From a virus (Duplodnaviria; Caudoviricetes): a stretch of DNA of 44,592 nt. Position 1 is the first letter of the stretch. Every line of letters starts with the position of its first letter. The translations under genes and the position numbers were made by a program. Location: IMG/VR virus record IMGVR_UViG_3300044477_000003, positions 1 through 44,592 of that record; one strand, given 5' to 3'. The notes below the pieces were generated by a model. That model did no database searches. It was not told the DNA's origin and worked only from the letters and a program-made list of their open reading frames with translations. Shown here piece after piece: positions 37,793-44,592 of this stretch.

Positions 37793-37858
37793 TTTCATTT
37801 TTTACTGAAAATTTTTATCATTTTATCGTTGTAGTCTGAAGTAGATGATGTATATTTG
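37793..37858 (+). promoter_or_regulatory. Repeated phage promoter, variant copy 6
   Basis: TTTCATTTTTTACTGAAA upstream box and TATATTTG, with 13 nt extra spacing. Confidence 0.55.
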
Positions 37859-37883
37859 TACCATAATTAAAAACAAAAACATC

Positions 37884-38255
37884 ATGGAAGCAATAGACAT
37901 CAAGAAATTAAAAAAGTACAGTTCAAAACAACTGAGTAATATACTTGAAAAAGCTGAAGGTGAAAAGGCAAATATCATCAGAGAATTACTAACCACGCGT
38001 GGTATCTTCCAAGAACCTGAAATCATTCAGGAAAGAACCAAGGAAGAAATATTGGAGGAAGTTCGTAAGAACAGTAAAAACTTAAGAGTTAAGTTCCTTT
38101 GTACTAAAACAAAGACTATCGTATTTGGAATTATTAAAGGGGTTCGTCTGGATAAACGCACGAACTTCATTCAGTATAGAATCAAGACCCTAAGAGGTAT
38201 GTTCGGAAAAGGTATTCAATCACCAGACTTAGTGTTCTTAGGGTATAATGCTTAA
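37884..38255 (+). CDS. Basic protein, short paralogue of 28001-28858
   Basis: Shared C-terminal domain; ATG 37884 has an A-rich leader. Confidence 0.75.
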   Translation: MEAIDIKKLKKYSSKQLSNILEKAEGEKANIIRELLTTRGIFQEPEIIQERTKEEILEEVRKNSKNLRVKFLCTKTKTIVFGIIKGVRLDKRTNFIQYRIKTLRGMFGKGIQSPDLVFLGYNA

Positions 38256-38574
38256 AATTATGAGAAGTATATTTCTAAATTATGAATTGGGTTTGGCCGG
38301 GCAAGTCCTGTGTGCCAATGAAAAAGAAGCGTTGAATCTGGCTAGTTCGTTCTTTGGTTGCGAATTCAATATGGTCTATGAGGGCAGAAAAGAAAAAAGG
38401 CCTGGAGTTGGAACCGTAAGAGAATTTTATGAAAGAATAGACGGACCTCAAGAACATCCGTTTTTCTGTATCATCAGAGAGAAGAAAAAACTCATCCCAA
38501 ATATGGAGACAATCGTCGACCGGGAATCATACCTAAAAATAGGGAAAGGCCTAAAGGCACTTTTTCAGGAGTGA
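38248..38574 (+). CDS. Hypothetical protein
   Basis: 108-aa ORF overlapping the upstream stop. Confidence 0.6.
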   Translation: MLKIMRSIFLNYELGLAGQVLCANEKEALNLASSFFGCEFNMVYEGRKEKRPGVGTVREFYERIDGPQEHPFFCIIREKKKLIPNMETIVDRESYLKIGKGLKALFQE

Positions 38575-38578
38575 CATT

Positions 38579-38875
38579 CTGCCACAATGATACACAATGT
38601 AAACAATCCATTGTGTATCATGTAAAGGCCTGATAATCATATCTATTAGAATCATTATACACAATGTAAACAATATCTACCCTAAAAGACCTAAATATAT
38701 AAATATAAAGAAATATAGGGATTAATTACATGCCTAGCACGAGCGCGCGCGTACACGCGTGTTAATATGTTTGGGCATTTTTATTGTGTGATTGTGTATA
38801 CCTGCTCTAAAGGATATGATTATCAGGCATTTACACTGCCACAATGATTGTTTATTTATTGTGCCATTGTGGCAG
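38579..38875. repeat. Iterated palindromic non-coding element B (origin-like)
   Basis: Imperfect inverted arms ~100 nt (CTGCCACAATG/CATTGTGGCAG; GCCTGATAATCATATC/GATATGATTATCAGGC); CACAATGTAAACAA twice; central GCGCGCGCGTACACGCGTGT. Confidence 0.8.
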
Positions 38876-38953
38876 AGGTCTTGTGGGTCCATACGGGAGC
38901 CATACGGAGTAAGATTATTAGGAGTGAAATTCTGTTTTATGAGTTTAATTGGT

Positions 38954-38961
38954 TACTTTTG
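38954..38961 (+). promoter_or_regulatory. -7 promoter box before terminase genes
   Basis: TACTTTTG, 25 nt before ATG 38987. Confidence 0.45.
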
Positions 38962-38986
38962 CGAATGGATTAAAACATTAAACATC

Positions 38987-39481
38987 ATGGCAGAGAAAGA
39001 AACATTAAATCCGTGGGACGAAGGCTATTGGGAATGGAGAGCGAAACATCCTCCTCTTGGAAGACCAAAAACGTTCACACCGAAAAAGCTTTGGGAATTG
39101 GCTTGTAAGTATTTTGAAAGGACCCGAAACAACCACTTTTATAAACAGGACTTTATTAAAGGGGGTGAGATGGCTGGTACTATCGTAGAGTTGAAACAGA
39201 TGAGGCCTTTCACCTGGCAGGGGTTTGAAGACTATCTTTGTGAGCAAGGGCTGATAGCCAGAATCGATGATTATAAACTAAATAGAGATGGAAGATATGC
39301 AGATTTTATCGACGTCATCCGCTCGATAGACTCTGTCATCTACTCTCAAAAGTTTGAAGGTGCTGCTTCAGGGGTATTCAACGCCAACATCATTGCAAGG
39401 GATTTGGGTCTTGCTGATAAATCCCAAATAAGAGTAACAGAAGAACAACCACTATTTGGGGATGAGTCAGAAGGTAAGTAA
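38987..39481 (+). CDS. terS: Terminase small subunit (P22 gp3-like)
   Basis: GRPKTF, LWE.AC.YF, QKFEGAA.G.FNANIIARDLGL; precedes terL. Confidence 0.88.
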   Translation: MAEKETLNPWDEGYWEWRAKHPPLGRPKTFTPKKLWELACKYFERTRNNHFYKQDFIKGGEMAGTIVELKQMRPFTWQGFEDYLCEQGLIARIDDYKLNRDGRYADFIDVIRSIDSVIYSQKFEGAASGVFNANIIARDLGLADKSQIRVTEEQPLFGDESEGK

Positions 39482-40715
39482 AGTCGATGGGTTTCAATAC
39501 ACCTCAGCTATTAGGAAGCTTCGAAAGCTTATTAAGAGAATAAGGGGTGTGCCTGGAGGAACATCGGCCGGAAAGACTTTCGGGATTCTCCCTATACTGA
39601 TTGACCAGGCCGCTCGAACTCCAGGCCTGGAAATTTCTGTTGTGTCTGAATCAATCCCTCACTTAAGGAAAGGGGCACTCAAAGACTTCCTTAAGATAAT
39701 GAAAGCAACAGGGAGGTACAATGATGCTAACTACAACAGGACTCTTCTCACGTACACGTTCGCGAACGGTTCCTATATTGAATTTTTCTCAGCAGACCAA
39801 GAAGGAAAGGTTCGGGGTCCAAGACGTAATATACTTTACATCAACGAGTGTAACAATATAACGTTCGAGACTTATCACCAATTGTCTATTCGTACCAGTG
39901 ATGTAATATGGTTAGACTTCAACCCTTCAAACGAATTCTGGTATCATACCGAAATCGGGGACGACCCGGACTTCGAAGAACTGATTCTTACTTATAAAGA
40001 CAATGAGGCCTTATCTGAGTCTATCGTTAAGGAAATTGAGAAGGCCAAGGCTAAGGCTTACTTTAATCCAAACCTTGAATTACCTGACCTCCTTGACAAG
40101 GATAACATCAAAAGCTACTATTGGCACAACTGGTGGAAGGTTTACGGTCTTGGTCTTATTGGAACGTTGGAAGGGGTCATCTTTACTAACTGGAAGCAGA
40201 TTGATGAGATACCTCGGGAAGCAAGACTCTTAGGGTATGCGATTGACTTTGGGTTTACCAATGACCCTTCGACCCTGGTGGCCGCTTATCACTGGAATGG
40301 AAAGACCATTTGGGATGAGTTAATATATCAGACAGGTATGACCAATGGGGACATTGCCAACATGATGAAGTCCCTCGGGGTTAAGTCAACCGATACCATT
40401 ATAGCTGATTCGGCAGAGCCTAAGTCTATTGCTGAGATAAATAGATATGGGTTCAAGATTCAACCTGCAGACAAAGGACCAGACTCCGTGAACTTTGGTA
40501 TTGATGTACTTCAGGAAGAAGAATTTTGGGTGACCAAGCGTAGTACCAATATGATTAAGGAACTTAGGAAATATATGTGGGATAAGGACAAAACAGGCAA
40601 AACACTGAATAAACCTGTGGATGCTTTCAACCATACCATTGACCCGATGAGGTATTTGGCTACGGCAAAGATGAGTAAACAGAAACAAAAGAGAGGATTG
40701 AAACGCCGTAATTGA
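39462..40715 (+). CDS. terL: Terminase large subunit (PBSX-type)
   Basis: GGTSAGKT, YINE, DFNP, DFGFTNDP, ADSAEP, NHTIDPMRY. Confidence 0.95.
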   Translation: MSQKVSKVDGFQYTSAIRKLRKLIKRIRGVPGGTSAGKTFGILPILIDQAARTPGLEISVVSESIPHLRKGALKDFLKIMKATGRYNDANYNRTLLTYTFANGSYIEFFSADQEGKVRGPRRNILYINECNNITFETYHQLSIRTSDVIWLDFNPSNEFWYHTEIGDDPDFEELILTYKDNEALSESIVKEIEKAKAKAYFNPNLELPDLLDKDNIKSYYWHNWWKVYGLGLIGTLEGVIFTNWKQIDEIPREARLLGYAIDFGFTNDPSTLVAAYHWNGKTIWDELIYQTGMTNGDIANMMKSLGVKSTDTIIADSAEPKSIAEINRYGFKIQPADKGPDSVNFGIDVLQEEEFWVTKRSTNMIKELRKYMWDKDKTGKTLNKPVDAFNHTIDPMRYLATAKMSKQKQKRGLKRRN

Positions 40716-40726
40716 AAATTTATTTA

Positions 40727-40766
40727 TACTTTTGCATGGTGATACAAAGTAGATGTATTACATTTG
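40727..40766 (+). promoter_or_regulatory. Tandem -7 boxes upstream of structural operon
   Basis: TACTTTTG (40727) and TACATTTG (40759). Confidence 0.5.
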
Positions 40767-40800
40767 CAGAATTAATGTATAATTTTAAAACAAAAGAACA

Positions 40801-41442
40801 ATGAGCTTACTATGTAATTGTCCCGCAGGGGCTGCTCTGGCTGATATTCCAATCAGCGAATGCCCTGAGTCATTCGGCCAAGTTCAAAAGGTTATCTTCC
40901 AGAGAATCTTTAGTACTGGCTCAACAAAGAACTCTTTCATTGCTTCAACCGCAGACCCCAAGCTTAAAGCTTCATGGACTCCTGTATTGGCTGCAGCAGA
41001 TGGAACTAAAGTAGTTCAGTCTCCTTATATCCAAGCGCCAACCACTGAGGCCGGTGCTGCTAAGGTATATGGTGGAGGGAACGAAACTCTTGGAGGTATC
41101 GAAATCATTATCGGACGTGAACCAACTTCTTTCACTGGTAACATCTTGAGGTCAACTCAGGACACAATCGCTGCATTGAAGACTTTCATGTGTGAGACTG
41201 TTGGTGTTTACCTAGTGGATGAATTTGGTCGTATTGGTGCATTGGTTGACAATCGCACAACCCCGACTAAGTACTTCCCTATTCCTATTCAAGGCCTGTT
41301 CGTTGGTGACAAATCCCTTGGAGGTTTGGAAGCTCCTGACATGAACGTTGTTTCATGGAAGTTCTTTCCTAACTGGTCAGACAACTTGGTTATCTTGACC
41401 CCAACCGATTTCAACGCATTGACTGATTTGGTGAACCCTTAA
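40801..41442 (+). CDS. Major structural protein, probable tail tube protein
   Basis: 213 aa, beta-rich, highly expressed codon usage; no other tail tube candidate seen. Confidence 0.55.
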   Translation: MSLLCNCPAGAALADIPISECPESFGQVQKVIFQRIFSTGSTKNSFIASTADPKLKASWTPVLAAADGTKVVQSPYIQAPTTEAGAAKVYGGGNETLGGIEIIIGREPTSFTGNILRSTQDTIAALKTFMCETVGVYLVDEFGRIGALVDNRTTPTKYFPIPIQGLFVGDKSLGGLEAPDMNVVSWKFFPNWSDNLVILTPTDFNALTDLVNP

Positions 41443-41452
41443 TCTCTGAACC

Positions 41453-41662
41453 ATGGAAAGAACGAATAGAGTAGTTCTCCAGGTGGGAGATAAGAGACAG
41501 GAGTTCGAAATCAATCACGCTGAGAGAATCCTGCGAATGCCAGACAATGGAGGGTGGCACCTCCCTGATGATTCTAACTTCATAATGGACGAAACGAATG
41601 GCCTTACAAGTAAGCGAAATAAAGGACAGAATAAAAAGTCCGAAGAAGACTCAAACAATTAA
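41453..41662 (+). CDS. Small hypothetical protein
   Basis: FEINHAERILRMPDNGGW; between structural genes. Confidence 0.65.
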   Translation: MERTNRVVLQVGDKRQEFEINHAERILRMPDNGGWHLPDDSNFIMDETNGLTSKRNKGQNKKSEEDSNN

Positions 41663-43322
41663 GAAAGCAATTAGGCATGAGAACCGGCTACGGTTCCATG
41701 CCGAAAGCTTTATGGAGCCTTCGGAAATCTCACAGCCATTGACTGTGTTTCTGGATTGGGTCAAGACCCTCATCCCTAAAGACAAATATAAGGTGTTTGT
41801 GAGCCTGTTCCAATTTCCTACGCCTATCGTTCAACTTAGCAATACCATATTCAATGAATTGGAACGGGTATTCGATGGAAAGAACCCCTCAGTGAACTAC
41901 CAGTTTACAGACACAACCTTCAAAGATGATTGGGAATGGTACAGACAGGAGGTCTTAAAAGAACCAGTTGTATGGAGAAAGAAAGGATGGGATGCTGTCA
42001 AGACTGCTATCAATTCAATCTTGATAGTTGATTTGCCTGAAGAACAAAAAGGAGATTACCCCGAACCATATTTCTATTTCTTAGGAATAGAGCATGTAAT
42101 TGATTACGAATTCAAAAGAGGGGTTCTTGATTGGATTATCTTTAAGCAACCGGGTAATAAGATTGCTTGTTTTGATGATACTTACTTCCGCACTATTCAA
42201 TTGGATAAGGATGGAAAACCCTCAGGAGAACCAATTGAACGTGAGCATGGTTTGGGATTCTGTCCGGCCCGTTTCTTCTGGTCCACTGAACTTACTCAAC
42301 AACAACCAGAACTTAAGAGGTCTCCTTTGTCTCCCCAATTAGCCAACTTGGATTGGTTACTATTCTTCTCCATCAGTAAAAGGCACCTTGACCTCTATGC
42401 TCCATATCCAATCTACTCAGCCTATGAAGCTGACTGTGATTTCAGGAACAACGAAACAGGAGACTATTGTGATGGGGGTTACCTTCGGGACCAAGACCAA
42501 CACTTTAAAGTATTAAGGGATGGAACTGTTGAACAATGCCCTGTATGTGCAACCAAACGTCTTGCAGGGGTTGGGTCCTTCATTGAGGTTCCTGTGCCAT
42601 TAAGCAAAGACGATGCTGACCTACGAAACCCTGTCCAAATAACTACCATTGACAAAACCTCCCTAGACTATAACGTTGAAGAAGTCAACAGGTTGAAAGC
42701 TGAGGTATTTACTTCCGTTATAGGAATGGGGGGTGATGTTCAACAGAAACAAAGCATTAATGAATTACAGGTTGAAGCCAACTTCGAAAGTAGATTGGCC
42801 GTCCTTAATTCTCTGAAGGGTAATCTGGAATCGGCCCGTAAGTTTGTAGATGATACATGTTGCTCACTCAGGTATGGGGAGAACTTCCTCGGGAGTTCAA
42901 TCTCAATGGGTACTGAATTTTATATCTATTCAGTTGACGACCTCTATGCCCAATATAAACAGGCCAAAGAGAATGGTTCTAGTGATGCTATTCTGGATTC
43001 AATCCAGGACCAAATCATTGAAACAGAGTATAGGAATGACGAACAGGAGATGCAAAGGATGTTCACACTGAAGCATCTTGAACCTTACAGACACTTCACG
43101 TTTGATGAACTGATGAAACTACAAGAGAAGCAGTTATTAAACACAGAGTCACTAAAAATTAAAATTAATTTTTCTACATTTGTAGACAGGTTCGAAAGAG
43201 AGAATACAAACATCATCGAGTTTGGTTCACAATTGGACTTCGATAAGAAAATAAATATCATTAACGAAAAATTTAAAGAGTATGTCAGAGAACAAGACAA
43301 CCCAGTCGGAAGCACAACTTAA
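41598..43322 (+). CDS. Portal protein
   Basis: 574 aa after terminase, H.LGFCPA motif, helical C-terminal half. Confidence 0.75.
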   Translation: MALQVSEIKDRIKSPKKTQTIKKAIRHENRLRFHAESFMEPSEISQPLTVFLDWVKTLIPKDKYKVFVSLFQFPTPIVQLSNTIFNELERVFDGKNPSVNYQFTDTTFKDDWEWYRQEVLKEPVVWRKKGWDAVKTAINSILIVDLPEEQKGDYPEPYFYFLGIEHVIDYEFKRGVLDWIIFKQPGNKIACFDDTYFRTIQLDKDGKPSGEPIEREHGLGFCPARFFWSTELTQQQPELKRSPLSPQLANLDWLLFFSISKRHLDLYAPYPIYSAYEADCDFRNNETGDYCDGGYLRDQDQHFKVLRDGTVEQCPVCATKRLAGVGSFIEVPVPLSKDDADLRNPVQITTIDKTSLDYNVEEVNRLKAEVFTSVIGMGGDVQQKQSINELQVEANFESRLAVLNSLKGNLESARKFVDDTCCSLRYGENFLGSSISMGTEFYIYSVDDLYAQYKQAKENGSSDAILDSIQDQIIETEYRNDEQEMQRMFTLKHLEPYRHFTFDELMKLQEKQLLNTESLKIKINFSTFVDRFERENTNIIEFGSQLDFDKKINIINEKFKEYVREQDNPVGSTT

Positions 43323-43755
43323 AGCTGCTGAAGAACTCGCCAAGAACAAAAAGGCGATTGAGTCTGCTAAAGCTGCTACTGAGACTGCCAAGGAAAAGTA
43401 CTTGGATGCTCAGGGAGCTTTAAAGGATACGAAAAAAGATGATGCTAAAGCGGTTGAGACTGCTAAGGCCAATCTCGAAACTGCTAAGGCCGATTACTTG
43501 AAAAAGAAAGAAGCTGAAACACAAGCCCGAATCAAAGGGGCTCAAAACGGTTCGTATTTGCCGGAAGAAAACGAACGTGGAATTTTCCATGTGAAATTGG
43601 ACAAACCAGCATTCGACCCTAAGTCAGGCAAGAAACTCTCAAAGGAATACATTCAGAAGTTTACTTCTGCAGAATGGAATCACTTTGAAAAGAATAGTTC
43701 CGGTCTTGGGTACGAACAGACTATCATGTGGAATCCTGAAGTCTACAACCTGTAA
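43282..43755 (+). CDS. Hypothetical head-associated protein (Ala/Lys coiled coil)
   Basis: 157 aa between portal and scaffold. Confidence 0.65.
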   Translation: MSENKTTQSEAQLKAAEELAKNKKAIESAKAATETAKEKYLDAQGALKDTKKDDAKAVETAKANLETAKADYLKKKEAETQARIKGAQNGSYLPEENERGIFHVKLDKPAFDPKSGKKLSKEYIQKFTSAEWNHFEKNSSGLGYEQTIMWNPEVYNL

Positions 43756-43792
43756 TCAATTAATATTAATCATAATTTAAAGGGTAAAAATT

Positions 43793-44592
43793 ATGGCACT
43801 TACACCAGAAGTAATCAAGGCGAATGAATCGCTTGCCACATTGAACGATGCTCAATTAGCAGCAATCGCCACGTTGTCCGTTAATGACGAACAATCAGTA
43901 TTAAACACCAAAATCGGAGAACTCCACGGGTTGTATGACCGAGATGTCAAAGAGGTTTCAGGGGTGGAAAAGAACCAGGGTGAAAAATCCTATGACTATG
44001 TTAAAAGGGTTCTTGGGGACTTCAAATCTAAAGTAGGGGGTTCAACTGAACTTCAAACCAAAGTGTCTCAGTACGAAACTGAAATTCAGACCTTAAAGAC
44101 TCAGATTGCTGAGGGTAAGGGTAACGAGGCAATGAAGCAACAGTTGACCGATGCACAAAGCCAATTGGCTGCTTTAAGGACTCAGTATGAAACTGACAAA
44201 CAGACTTGGGGTACAAAGGAAAAGGAATTCTCTCAACAGATTACAGGCATACAGGTTAAAACCCAATTTGAAAAGGCCACTGCTGGTCTTAAGTTCAAAA
44301 CCGGTTATCCTGAAGGAGTTCAAAGGACTTTGCTTAAATCTGCTGAAGATGGCATCTTGAACCAATACAAACCTGATTGGGTTGAGGTAGACGGTCAGAA
44401 GATTATGGTCTTCAGGGATTCAAAAGGGGAGATTCTTCGCAACAAGAACAATGCCCTTAATCCTTACACTGCTCAGGAACTTATCAGTGAACAACTGAAA
44501 GAAGTTCTTGACCCTGGAAAGAAGACAACAGGAACAGGGACCGAAGAACCTGGAAAGAACCCACAGGACGTAATTGAAATCGTTGACATTGC
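43793..44592 (+). CDS. Putative capsid scaffolding protein, 5' part (continues to 272 across the junction)
   Basis: Open frame MALTPEVIKANESLATL... to window end, coiled-coil centre, upstream of capsid. Confidence 0.8.
   Translation, partial: MALTPEVIKANESLATLNDAQLAAIATLSVNDEQSVLNTKIGELHGLYDRDVKEVSGVEKNQGEKSYDYVKRVLGDFKSKVGGSTELQTKVSQYETEIQTLKTQIAEGKGNEAMKQQLTDAQSQLAALRTQYETDKQTWGTKEKEFSQQITGIQVKTQFEKATAGLKFKTGYPEGVQRTLLKSAEDGILNQYKPDWVEVDGQKIMVFRDSKGEILRNKNNALNPYTAQELISEQLKEVLDPGKKTTGTGTEEPGKNPQDVIEIVDI
44466..44592. repeat. Terminal direct repeat, right copy
   Basis: Identical to 1-127. Confidence 0.95.

Noticed and set aside
38792-38986. N-terminal extension of TerS given in the ORF track
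   Set aside because: Begins at a non-ATG codon inside the palindrome; ATG 38987 has an A-rich leader and an upstream -7 box
812-43755. Alternative genetic code
   Set aside because: Standard-code ORFs tile the genome densely, and TAA, TAG and TGA all end genes at coupled junctions
410-44365. Minus-strand and nested alternative-frame ORFs in the track
   Set aside because: They overlap well-supported + strand genes, lack motifs and look like shadow ORFs

Overview
This window is an apparently complete ~44.5 kb tailed dsDNA phage genome with siphovirus-like gene content. The first and last 127 nt are identical, so it is probably a circular assembly of 44,465 bp. TAnnTTTG promoter boxes point to a Bacteroidota host. 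All convincing genes lie on the + strand and I recognised no integrase. Gene order is: scaffold (across the junction), capsid, head-tail, tape measure and tail genes, lysis genes, palindromic element A, a replication module (HTH, Cas4-like DUF2800, SSB, a tRNA-like RNA, PolA, primase-helicase, VRR-NUC, SNF2), a nucleotide/DNA-modification cluster, small accessory genes, palindromic element B, terminases, a probable tail tube gene and the portal. The strongest novelty candidate is the modification cluster. It holds a C5-cytosine-methyltransferase-fold protein with rewired motifs, including motif X Asn->Lys, the change that turns M.MpeI and Dcm into carboxymethyltransferases. Beside it are a thymidylate-synthase homologue with the dCMP-type Asp, an asparagine-synthetase-like amidotransferase, an all-alpha dNTPase and a separate ThyX. 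Other oddities are a dCMP deaminase with an in-frame HNH-AP2 insertion, a 123-nt tRNA-like RNA with an Ala-type G3-U70 pair, twin iterated palindromes, a six-copy promoter, a C7 frameshift, and matching AAGGGUAA-loop hairpins before the scaffold and capsid genes. All family assignments come from recognising motifs by eye; no searches were run.
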